From an uncultured virus (IMG/VR IMGVR_UViG_2522125086_000002) (lineage: Duplodnaviria; Heunggongvirae; Uroviricota; Caudoviricetes): a stretch of DNA of 62,330 nt. Position 1 is the stretch's first letter, and each line of letters opens with the position of its first letter. Location: the IMG/VR virus record IMGVR_UViG_2522125086_000002, one strand, 5' to 3'. Both the position numbers and the translations under genes were made by a program. Below the pieces are notes generated by a model, which saw nothing but the letters and a program-made list of their open reading frames with translations, was not told the origin of the DNA and did no database searches. Shown piece by piece: positions 9,690 through 18,625 of this stretch.

Positions 9690-12068
9690 TTATATCACAG
9701 CCGCTTTTGCTTTTATTTCATTACACCAACGATCTAGGGTACTACTAACATTACCGAGATGGGCAAGCATATGTTCTTTGTTTAAAAGATAGATGAAGCA
9801 GATTATCTCTTGGGCAGTACGTCTTTTCTCTGTTTCCGATATAACCGACAGGAAATCAATTCCTAGGCTCTGAGTTTGTTCTTCTCTGTGGCTACCATTG
9901 TTTAAAACGATTCGGTACATAAGGTTTTTAAAGTAGGATTTATGTTCGGGACACATTCTAGACAAAATAGTCTCATCAGTCGAAACCTCAATAATTCCCT
10001 TCTTGTACTCAAAAGTTGCAAATGCTTCTAGTGCCTGTCGCATAATATTGCCTATGACAATATCGTATTCACCACCATCGCCACAGCCATAACGATAAAT
10101 CATCTTAACAAGTTCTGTGTATTCCTGTCGCTTATACTCAAATCGTTTTAAAGCACAATTCTTTAATTCCAATAGATTGTATTTTGCTGCTTGCCCCGAA
10201 AATATTCTTTTCCATTCCGCTGATAATTCATTACAGATTTTTTCTAGATCAAATAATGTCAGTAAATCATGAGTTGTCACAATAGCTCTGCTGGTTGGAT
10301 TTCCATTCAAGAATTGACCAAGCTTGTATTTTAGGAAGGATAAGATTCCGATTTTGTTTTCAAAATCAAAACTGGATATTGGATCATCAATAACAAGTAG
10401 ATATTCGTCATTATAAGCAGTATCTTTATTCTTACCTTTCATTATACTGGTGAAGAAATAACAGAGCCCGATTATATTTCTCTCTCCAACGGACACATTC
10501 TTTGGAGGCACAGGTTTACCATTGGACAGAAGTTTATAGAAATCACCATCCCGTTCTATGGCAAGTCTATTTTCAGTAAAAAATATGTATTTTAACCCAT
10601 TGTTGATGATATCAATTGCTATGTCAATCCGTTTCCTACGCCCATTTAATTCATCCAAGTTTTTACTTTTTTGGTTCATATCAGAAATAGCATCATCACA
10701 TTCCTTTTTCACAGAGAGCTTTTCATTAGTTTGTTCATCAAGCTGTTTAGAAAAATCAATAACATCATAGTAAGCAATTTGATCATTTATAGATATTAGT
10801 GCATCAACTATGGGCTTTGTATTCACTGCGTTACTATTATGAGTTTCTTTCTCTACTTCAAGTGATGCTAGAGCTTTATCCAGTTTATTAATTAATTCGT
10901 CAATCTCTGAAAGTTCTTTATCAACAATTGGCGAATATGGTTCACATATTTTTTGTTGAAGCAACGTGTTGTTTGATCGTAAAGTAGTGTTTATTTCTAC
11001 AGTCAAATTTACGCATTTTTGATATGATGGTAATGATGAAAAAGGAGAAAGTTCTAATATCAGTTCACTAGTTATTTGAGAATTTAACTCTGTCTGATGG
11101 CTCTTGACCTCATCTGATAATACCTGCTTAATTTTAGCAACCAAGTTTCTTTTGTAATCTTGTGTTAAATCCTGAAGACAATATGGACAGAACGTCGTTT
11201 TCTCATCTCTGATTTGAGCTATGCGTGCGTTTAATTCATCTGCTTTTCCTGACGCTACCATCGACAATAGATATTGCTCACGATCTGAAAGTTCTGGCCT
11301 TTCAATTTTCTTTTTGATTAGTTCATTAGCCGAGGAGACTGAATACTCCTTATAACTAGAAGGAATAGCAGGCACAACAGCAACAATTGTGGATGTACCT
11401 TTCTTTGCGTCTTCTAGCTCCTTCATCTTATTACTGAACTCAACAATAAGTTCATCTTTAGATTTCGTAGGGGACAGGTTAATAAACCTTTTGTATGTAT
11501 CGTCATTCACGCGAGAATTCTGGCGTAATCCCCTTGCTTTACTGTCTCTTCCTGCCCATCCTTCATCTCGCTGAAGGGTGCAATGGATTTTATTGATATA
11601 ATATCGAGGTGCCTTTGGGTTTGTACTGGTCTGATACTCTTCAAATCTATCTTTTGTTGATTTTACTAAGGCTTCTGCCAGCTCAAGTTCGCTCTTAGCC
11701 TGTTCAATCTGGGCTGTTAAATCAGCTTGTTCACCAAGCATAACAATAGATTCAAGTTTGTTTCCTACTATGCATACATTTTTAGATACATAATCCTCAT
11801 CAAAAACATAAATGCTAGCTTTTTCGGTCTCTGATAATGTGATAGTCTGTTTCGCAGAATCAAGTGGGGTAGCTGTAATAGCACTAGAAAAATCTTCTCC
11901 CTTGATTTTCCGAAAAGACTTAGCAATTGTGCTTTTACCAGCACCATTACGACCATAAATTAATGAAATCTTAGAATACTTTTCATCTGATGAATCAAGT
12001 ACAGGCAAATCGGTTTCTGAGGAGAAGTTTGCCCCCTGTAATTTGATTAAAGATAAATCTTTTAGCAT
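9690..12068 (-). CDS. RloC-like ABC-ATPase (AAA_13) with zinc hook and C-terminal HEPN-like nuclease
   Basis: GRNGAGKST Walker A, CPYC hook within a coiled coil, SVGE signature, LLVIDDPISSFD Walker B, TTHD, NIMRQALE and RIVLNNGSH; AT-rich. Confidence 0.75.
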   Translation of the reverse strand: MLKDLSLIKLQGANFSSETDLPVLDSSDEKYSKISLIYGRNGAGKSTIAKSFRKIKGEDFSSAITATPLDSAKQTITLSETEKASIYVFDEDYVSKNVCIVGNKLESIVMLGEQADLTAQIEQAKSELELAEALVKSTKDRFEEYQTSTNPKAPRYYINKIHCTLQRDEGWAGRDSKARGLRQNSRVNDDTYKRFINLSPTKSKDELIVEFSNKMKELEDAKKGTSTIVAVVPAIPSSYKEYSVSSANELIKKKIERPELSDREQYLLSMVASGKADELNARIAQIRDEKTTFCPYCLQDLTQDYKRNLVAKIKQVLSDEVKSHQTELNSQITSELILELSPFSSLPSYQKCVNLTVEINTTLRSNNTLLQQKICEPYSPIVDKELSEIDELINKLDKALASLEVEKETHNSNAVNTKPIVDALISINDQIAYYDVIDFSKQLDEQTNEKLSVKKECDDAISDMNQKSKNLDELNGRRKRIDIAIDIINNGLKYIFFTENRLAIERDGDFYKLLSNGKPVPPKNVSVGERNIIGLCYFFTSIMKGKNKDTAYNDEYLLVIDDPISSFDFENKIGILSFLKYKLGQFLNGNPTSRAIVTTHDLLTLFDLEKICNELSAEWKRIFSGQAAKYNLLELKNCALKRFEYKRQEYTELVKMIYRYGCGDGGEYDIVIGNIMRQALEAFATFEYKKGIIEVSTDETILSRMCPEHKSYFKNLMYRIVLNNGSHREEQTQSLGIDFLSVISETEKRRTAQEIICFIYLLNKEHMLAHLGNVSSTLDRWCNEIKAKAAVI

Positions 12069-12243
12069 AGTGTTGTACCTTCAATAAACTAAAACATCTA
12101 TTATGCATTACAGAAGTACACGGTAAGTAAAGCAACCGAGCAATTCAAGCAAAAAAGTAGCAAGATGTCATAATGTTATACCATTTCTTATAATTATGAA
12201 ACGGTTTAGATACTCGACATTATACAGACTTGTTAATTTATTA

Positions 12244-12783
12244 CTATATTCCCAGTTTTCCATTAACATCGTCCGCAAAACTGCTTAATCGTTCCATTAG
12301 CCAGTTTCCAGGACAGGATTTCCTAGCGAACCACCTATGAACGGTCAGAAGCATTTCATTCTCCTTAACCTCATATCTTAAGGCTTTCTCCCGATCTGCA
12401 ATCCATACAAGACGCTTTTTTCCATTCCTTCTGCAGATATCGACACAGAGTTTCACCAATGCAGAATACACCTCCGGTTTCATGGCATACGGCTCAGTCA
12501 GATCTGATGCGCATTCAATGGTTACGGCACGCTGGTCGTTGTCTCTTGATGATGAGCACCAGGATCGGTTCTGCTCATCAACGCAAAGGCCGATTCTGCC
12601 GTCAGCACCGATTGCATAGTTGCAGCTTGCCTGTCTGCTTCTGTCCTTAAAGCAGTCACAGATCCTCTCAACACTAAGCTGACCGACAACGGCATGAGGT
12701 GTGATTCTGCTGATGGAACAGGTCCTTTTCCCAGAATGGTTCGGACTCAATTTTGTAAAACTCACTAATGGACTATTTGCCAT
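12244..12783 (-). CDS. Endolysin, N-acetylmuramoyl-L-alanine amidase (Amidase_2), catalytic domain only
   Basis: ITPHAVVG, ASCNYAIG, VTIECAS, TVHRWFARKSCPG; downstream of the holin. Confidence 0.9.
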   Translation of the reverse strand: MANSPLVSFTKLSPNHSGKRTCSISRITPHAVVGQLSVERICDCFKDRSRQASCNYAIGADGRIGLCVDEQNRSWCSSSRDNDQRAVTIECASDLTEPYAMKPEVYSALVKLCVDICRRNGKKRLVWIADREKALRYEVKENEMLLTVHRWFARKSCPGNWLMERLSSFADDVNGKLGI

Positions 12784-13198
12784 TTTCGTTCTCCTTATTT
12801 TCTGATTTATCGTGTAACTGGTTTAAAGCCTTTTTGACCACAGTCGGTATCGGCAGACCAAGGTGTGATGCATTCTCAAGAAGGCTGATGCCTTCGTTTG
12901 AGAGGTAAAAGAAAATTACTGCAGTCCGCAGAACACTCCCGGTCTGAAAGATCCTCGTATCCAGAATGGTGGCAACACCAACAAGCATGAACACGATTAC
13001 CTTTCTGCAGATCCCTTTAAAGCCGATGGAGCTGGATAGATTGTTATCGACTATCCCGCACATGACACCGCTGATGTAGTCGATAACCGTAAAGGCAATC
13101 AGGGCATAAAGAAGACCATCACATCCTCCGAGAAAGTAACCCAGCCATCCGCCTATGCCCGTGAACATTGCCTGGAGCATATTCCAAAGCTCTCTCAT
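12773..13198 (-). CDS. Phage holin (holin_4_1 / toxin-secretion type)
   Basis: IGGWLGYFLGGCDG, DYISG, SNEGISLLENA; GGAG RBS before ATG 13198. Confidence 0.9.
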   Translation of the reverse strand: MRELWNMLQAMFTGIGGWLGYFLGGCDGLLYALIAFTVIDYISGVMCGIVDNNLSSSIGFKGICRKVIVFMLVGVATILDTRIFQTGSVLRTAVIFFYLSNEGISLLENASHLGLPIPTVVKKALNQLHDKSENKENENGK

Positions 13199-13212
13199 TT
13201 TGTTTCTCCCAA

Positions 13213-13238
13213 TAAAAAAGGCGACCTTTAAGCCGCCC
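13213..13238 (-). terminator. Terminator-like hairpin between the GT8 and holin genes
   Basis: Minus strand reads GGCGGCTTAAAGGTCGCC followed by TTTTTT. Confidence 0.45.
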
Positions 13239-13239
13239 G

Positions 13240-14073
13240 TCATTTCACTCTGTTTACGTTACTTCGTACTCGTCCGATAAAGTCTCTGTCGAGATATCCT
13301 TCCACCCGTTCGCAGGCAGAGAGGTATTTCTTCCACCAGGCATAGGCTCGAAAATCAAGATAGATGAATTTATTCCATGGTTTCTCCATTGAGAGGTAAT
13401 GCACCATCAGCGGTGCCATTTCCTTGTAGCCCGGATTGAACCAGATTGCATTAAACTCATTGGCAAGCGGATATTTCTTCTTGAAATGCAGATTCACGAA
13501 GTCCTGCTCCGGGCAGTACATGAAGTTTCCTTTTTCCTCAATTGTTTTGATAAATTTCTGATACAGCCCTTTGCATTCAGCCTTGTAGCACATAAGTCCG
13601 GTATTGAAATACAGCGGAGTGTTAACTACCTCCTTAAGGTTCATCTGCTTCATCCATCTGTCGCGGTTTTCACGTTCACTGACTCCGAAGATACCGGTCT
13701 TGTACTTTGATGTAATCTCCTCAAGCAGAGGAACCACAGAGCCGAGAAACAGAGTGTCCAAATCGAAGTTCAGGACACAGTCGGTTTCGGCAGAAACCTC
13801 CTCAAGAGCCTTAATCCTTTGTGCAATAGCAGGAACGGCACTGCGATGAATCATGAGTCTGTTACCTCCCACAGTGGCAAAAAGGTCATGCTGCGGAAAT
13901 GAAACATAACGAACCTCCACCAGTTCCTCCGGGACTACCGCAAGAACTCTACTGAGGTCAGTACCTTTTTCAGCGTAAATGATGAGTTCAATGCGGTTGT
14001 ATTTGAAAAATGAGCTGAGGGATACCACCGCCTGATTGATGTACCCCTCATCCAGAACTACGAATGCCTTCAT
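13240..14073 (-). CDS. Glycosyltransferase family 8
   Basis: DEGY, DLD (DxD), YFNTGLM, EQDFVN and HYLSMEKPW are GT8 hallmarks. Confidence 0.85.
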   Translation of the reverse strand: MKAFVVLDEGYINQAVVSLSSFFKYNRIELIIYAEKGTDLSRVLAVVPEELVEVRYVSFPQHDLFATVGGNRLMIHRSAVPAIAQRIKALEEVSAETDCVLNFDLDTLFLGSVVPLLEEITSKYKTGIFGVSERENRDRWMKQMNLKEVVNTPLYFNTGLMCYKAECKGLYQKFIKTIEEKGNFMYCPEQDFVNLHFKKKYPLANEFNAIWFNPGYKEMAPLMVHYLSMEKPWNKFIYLDFRAYAWWKKYLSACERVEGYLDRDFIGRVRSNVNRVK

Positions 14074-17000
14074 TGGTTATTCTCCTTTATGTCGTCTTTA
14101 AAAATGTCCTCTGAATAATTGATGAGCTTAAGTGAACAGCGGTTGCCGCTTTCCGGTTTAACGGCAGTAACCCAGCAGAGTTGCAGTTCACCGATGGCAA
14201 AAAGCGGATATTCGAGAGACTTGCCAAACTCGCTGTCCCAATCAATATCCGGGTAGGTATCAAGATAAAGTGTATGGCTGTCATTACGGTAAAAGGTATA
14301 TTCACCATAGGAGCCATCCTTTCTTGAGATATACACGATGCCTTCCCACACATCATCCGGTATCTCAATATCGGTGGTAACGGTCTGGCCGTTTATTCCG
14401 GTTATTCTTCCGGTGATGTTGGATAAGTTCTCATCAAGCATAAGTCCAACAAGGTCGTTAAACTGACAGTTGAGACCGTTAAGCTCGGTTTTGATTTCAT
14501 AGGTAACTCTGGTATTTCTGAGATACCTGAGTCTCCTCATGCCAAGAGCTACAGCATGGTCATAGTCTGTTACTCCCCAGGCATCAAGCTGCTCCTGATT
14601 ATCGGATTCAGGGTAGGAGGTAATGCGCTTATTCCCGTCAGCATCAACATGGCAGTACACCGTTTCGGTCTTGTAGGTCTTAGGCGAGGTGAAATTTACC
14701 ACCACCTCATCAACATCATCCTCCTTTGGCAGAGAACAGGTGATCACTGGACTTGAGGTCATATTGCTTTTGGTAAAAATCTGCGTTGGAGTTGCTCCCG
14801 CATAAAGCCTCTTAACCGATAAGGTATTGTCCCTTACCACCGGAACCGCAAATCCGCAGTTAAGAACATCCCTTAAACTTTCAAGTAATGTGCTGTCACT
14901 GTCGATAGAGCCGTTACATTCAAGTCCCTGAGAGCGCCAGAGCTCATCAAAATCCATCAGCGTATCGACATCAAGAATATTGCGGTATTTGGAGTTCCGC
15001 ACGATGTACTGAACCACGGGAGCAATATCTCTTGTTTCCACCAGAGGCAGATTATCTGAATACCCGAGAGCAGGAAGTTTTCTTGTCCAGTAAGTGGCAA
15101 GCTGATTTTCGGAAAGCTCGGATAAGGTTTCGTTTCCTTTGAACCTGCAGATGAGTACCGTCATGTTGTCATATCGGTCAATGGTGCTGATTACGCTTTT
15201 AAGGCCTACCCATTTAATCTCCTCAAGAGCACGGGTAGAGCCGTCCTCCTGGGAGGTTCTTAGAACCCTGAACTCATAATTTCCGGCGGTTGCAAGTTCG
15301 ATTCTTACCGTTTCAGCAAGCTGGTCATTGGTGTTGTTGATCCAGGTTTTCTCAATCACGGTGTACGGCTCATTTGAACCTGCTCGGCGGTACTCAATTT
15401 GAATGCTGATAGAAAGCTTGTCGAACTCACCATCATCGTTAAGCTTGCCGAGACCTCCCGGCATGGAGAAATCCAGCTCAAAGATTTTTGATTCAGCACC
15501 ATACGGACATGCCCGGTAAGGTCCAACATAACCGCCGTCACTTGCCTGACCGCTTACCAGAGTAAAAAGCACATGCTCCTGATTGACTCCGGTGGAATAA
15601 AAGCCATGCCAGTCTGAAATCTCACCGTAGCTGTCGTTAAGACGCTTAACCGTGTAGACACCGTTGATGTAATCAAGAATTTCATAAAGGCCGTTATCCT
15701 CATATGGATAATCCGCAGGCATCGGCTGAAACACAGAGCCAGCCAGGTGATTTGCCGTAGCGGTTATTTTCGTGTAGGGCTGAGACGGAGTAACCTCCTC
15801 GGGGTATGCAGGAACAGTCAAATCTGAACTGTCGAACTTTAGCGTAACATTCTCACCGGACCTTATCACTTCGAGTATTTCACAGAGCGCCTCGGTGGTA
15901 TTCGCCTCATCTTCGGTTACGGTTTTACCGCCGCTGCAGCCTGACGGAATGGTATCGTAGGTAATAGAAGTTACGGCAGAAAGAGTAACCTTCAAATAAT
16001 CACCATTACGGGTAATTACCTCGGTCCCGGTTTCCTCGTCAACGCTGGTCTGAATTTCTGTGGCTCTTGCACGGAAAAACTCATCAGACTTAAATCCGTC
16101 AGTGCATTTCAGCGTGAGCGTAGTAATACCAGATGCGGCATCAGTTTCTGCTGCAACAATCTCAGTACCGACAAGACGTGTGTTTCCTGCTCCGCTTAAC
16201 TCAAAGATTGTGCCGTTCGCCCATTTCAAATCAAGGTTCTGTTTAATGTGTACCGTCTCAGTACCGCCACCGGAGCAACCACCGTAACCGATGCTGTATA
16301 TCCTGTAGTTGCAGCCGCTGAAGGTATTGCCCTTAAACTCAAGATTCACACCGTTCATGGAGGAGGTGTCGATTTTACCCTGACCGCTTTTTAAGGTATG
16401 ACCGCTCTGGGTAACCTCGGTTGATGAGTACCAGCAGTACCAGGATTTGTCCTCCGGGGAATTTTCAGCGGTAATCTTTACTCCCGGTTCAATGACATAA
16501 GCGGAGCAACCCTTGAGTTCACTGATTGGCGTCTCGCCGATGTAGATGTCTGAGTGATCTGACTTGTAGTCATAATGCCCGATCCCTTGGCATAAAATCA
16601 TGTCACAGAAAAGAGTATTGTTGCGGTAAAACACATGACGGTCAGCGAGGTAATCAGGGAATCTCTTGAAGAAGCCAAAGTTCTCCGGGATGATTTCCAT
16701 GAGCTTTACCTTATTGCCCTGGACATTTACATCATAGATGGAGTTTCCCTGTTTGGTGTTTTTCTGTTTATTCTTGCCGAGCTTATGCATACTCACCATG
16801 GCATAAACGGCACTCGCCACACCAATCACCACGGAAATGATGGCAGCGATGGCAGTACCGGTTACACCGGGTTCGATGACGAATTTTAAGTGATCGCATT
16901 TCTGGATTAAGAGTGCAGGCCATTCAGTCTGTTCTACCTTTCTGCCGTTAACAAAGAGCGACAGATAAGGTTTCAGTTCAGGATTGTATGAAGCAATCTG

Positions 17001-17099
17001 TGAGTGGAGCAGTGAGGTCAAACTGCCGCTGTATTCCGGCAGTTCAAGCTGCTCGAGTACCTGGTTTAGGTCCTCTCTGGTTACAATTTCAAGTTTCAT
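14070..17099 (-). CDS. Tail tip / host specificity protein (TipJ-like, with gpI-like N-terminus)
   Basis: Follows NlpC/P60; SIYDVNVQGN, IPENFG...FPDY, GPYRACP, YEFRVLR. Confidence 0.8.
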   Translation of the reverse strand: MKLEIVTREDLNQVLEQLELPEYSGSLTSLLHSQIASYNPELKPYLSLFVNGRKVEQTEWPALLIQKCDHLKFVIEPGVTGTAIAAIISVVIGVASAVYAMVSMHKLGKNKQKNTKQGNSIYDVNVQGNKVKLMEIIPENFGFFKRFPDYLADRHVFYRNNTLFCDMILCQGIGHYDYKSDHSDIYIGETPISELKGCSAYVIEPGVKITAENSPEDKSWYCWYSSTEVTQSGHTLKSGQGKIDTSSMNGVNLEFKGNTFSGCNYRIYSIGYGGCSGGGTETVHIKQNLDLKWANGTIFELSGAGNTRLVGTEIVAAETDAASGITTLTLKCTDGFKSDEFFRARATEIQTSVDEETGTEVITRNGDYLKVTLSAVTSITYDTIPSGCSGGKTVTEDEANTTEALCEILEVIRSGENVTLKFDSSDLTVPAYPEEVTPSQPYTKITATANHLAGSVFQPMPADYPYEDNGLYEILDYINGVYTVKRLNDSYGEISDWHGFYSTGVNQEHVLFTLVSGQASDGGYVGPYRACPYGAESKIFELDFSMPGGLGKLNDDGEFDKLSISIQIEYRRAGSNEPYTVIEKTWINNTNDQLAETVRIELATAGNYEFRVLRTSQEDGSTRALEEIKWVGLKSVISTIDRYDNMTVLICRFKGNETLSELSENQLATYWTRKLPALGYSDNLPLVETRDIAPVVQYIVRNSKYRNILDVDTLMDFDELWRSQGLECNGSIDSDSTLLESLRDVLNCGFAVPVVRDNTLSVKRLYAGATPTQIFTKSNMTSSPVITCSLPKEDDVDEVVVNFTSPKTYKTETVYCHVDADGNKRITSYPESDNQEQLDAWGVTDYDHAVALGMRRLRYLRNTRVTYEIKTELNGLNCQFNDLVGLMLDENLSNITGRITGINGQTVTTDIEIPDDVWEGIVYISRKDGSYGEYTFYRNDSHTLYLDTYPDIDWDSEFGKSLEYPLFAIGELQLCWVTAVKPESGNRCSLKLINYSEDIFKDDIKENNQ

Positions 17100-17484
17100 T
17101 TTTCCTCTTTGGAAGATTTGTATGTCTGTAGATCTTTGTTTCTACAAACTGCATTGATTTGATCTTTTCAACTCTGGCATGACGATTAAGACCGGTATGC
17201 AGCATTTCTCCTTTACCGAGATGTACCGCCACATGAAAGATTTGGCCATGCCGGAAGAAGGCAATTACATCACCGAACTTCGCCTCGTCAGCAGTAATCT
17301 CCCGAAAGGAATTCCGGGAAGTTTCCTTCTCGTATCCGTCCTTAATGCAGAAATCTGTGTAGTCATCAAGCTCTATGCCAAGCTCCCGGCGGTAGAACTC
17401 GATGACAAGTCCCCAGCAGTCAAGGAATGGGTATTTTCTGCCGTTTGGTGTGTGTCTGATGAGAAGATAATGATTAAGCCACAT
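17089..17484 (-). CDS. NlpC/P60 tail tip assembly protein (gpK-like)
   Basis: DCWGLV, GDVIAF, HVAV, MLH. Confidence 0.85.
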   Translation of the reverse strand: MWLNHYLLIRHTPNGRKYPFLDCWGLVIEFYRRELGIELDDYTDFCIKDGYEKETSRNSFREITADEAKFGDVIAFFRHGQIFHVAVHLGKGEMLHTGLNRHARVEKIKSMQFVETKIYRHTNLPKRKNET

Positions 17485-17938
17485 ATTTAAGCCCCGGTGC
17501 ATTTGATGCGGTATAGCGAAGGCGCGGAAACTCAAGATTCAGCATGTCGCAGAAGGATGCGGTAAAGGTTGCTGATTCCCGGGTGATGCGCCCGCCGGTG
17601 ATGGTTAAGGTGAGTTCCGAGAGCTTGTTGTGGCTCTCGTAATGCCACTGGGTAACGGTGATGTAGGTCGGCGTCTGAGCTTCAATAACCCGTTTCATGT
17701 ATTCGTAGGCTTCACCGCTTACTCCGTCAACACCGAAGGACAGATCTGAAAATCCGCTGTCAGACCTTTCCGGCATGGAGACAGTAAAGGCTGACTTCTT
17801 GTATTCGTCTCCCCAAAGTGTCAAATCCTCATAACCAAGTACATAACGCAATGTGCCTATGGTTTCATTCTCTATGGTGAGAGTTACAACGGGGAGCCTG
17901 CCGCCACTCGCGTAGATTTCTTCAAGTGAATAAAGCAT
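17474..17938 (-). CDS. Minor tail protein (DUF1833/gpL-like)
   Basis: LEEIYASG, DLSFGVDGVSGE, FPRLRYT...PGLKY; synteny. Confidence 0.75.
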   Translation of the reverse strand: MLYSLEEIYASGGRLPVVTLTIENETIGTLRYVLGYEDLTLWGDEYKKSAFTVSMPERSDSGFSDLSFGVDGVSGEAYEYMKRVIEAQTPTYITVTQWHYESHNKLSELTLTITGGRITRESATFTASFCDMLNLEFPRLRYTASNAPGLKYVA

Positions 17939-17947
17939 AATGCCTCC

Positions 17948-18622
17948 TTAACTGAACCAGGATAGGTATTCCACCTCACTAGAATCAGGCTTAACCTTGA
18001 TAATGCGGCCAGCCCAGTCATCGATTTCATAGGAATAAAAGCTCCAGGTGGTATTGCCGTTGTTGTCGTTAAATTCCACATATCCGTCATACGGATAACC
18101 TTTGAGAAGATTCAGCTTAAAAACGTAATAGCCGAGTTTATTCTTTTTGAGCTTGATACCCGGCCACTCGTAATTGGTGTAATAGGCCACCCAGATATAG
18201 GCATAAAGATCATCCCAGCCTTCAGGGTCAATCCATACTTCATCACCGCCAATACCGGGTTCTACATCAAGTCGGCACTGTACCGACCATAACGGACCAT
18301 CGCTGTTAACGCAGTTAAGCGTGGTGGAGAGTTCTCCTTTCTGTATGCGGCAGAGCGATTCTGTACCGCCGTACTCGTTAAGAAGCTGCATATAGAACCA
18401 GTCCTGACCGTAGCTGATGTCGTTGCGGTACCATGCCATGAATTCCTGATATTGACTCTGGGTAAACATGAAGGTAACTGAAAGCTCATGCGGTGTTCCG
18501 GTATTAACCAGTCTCTGCCTTACGTGGCCATCTGCCATCTGGGTTCTGATGATGTTGGGTTTTATTTTGTAGCTGTAGCCTCTCTGCTGTGGAGGCGGCA
18601 GAGAGGAAGGATAATAGTTCAT
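17948..18622 (-). CDS. Distal tail protein (gpM-like) with C-terminal CBM26-like carbohydrate-binding module
   Basis: N-terminal YPSSLPPP...IIRTQMADGHVRQR...GQDWF right after the tape measure; C-terminal PEGW-DDLYAYIW...WPG...GYY...VEFNDNNGNTT. Confidence 0.7.
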   Translation of the reverse strand: MNYYPSSLPPPQQRGYSYKIKPNIIRTQMADGHVRQRLVNTGTPHELSVTFMFTQSQYQEFMAWYRNDISYGQDWFYMQLLNEYGGTESLCRIQKGELSTTLNCVNSDGPLWSVQCRLDVEPGIGGDEVWIDPEGWDDLYAYIWVAYYTNYEWPGIKLKKNKLGYYVFKLNLLKGYPYDGYVEFNDNNGNTTWSFYSYEIDDWAGRIIKVKPDSSEVEYLSWFS

Positions 18623-18625
18623 GAA

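Noticed and set aside
14070..18622. Diversity-generating retroelement acting on tail genes
   Set aside because: No TR/VR pair noticed and no DGR RT; the only RT-related element is the group IIC intron
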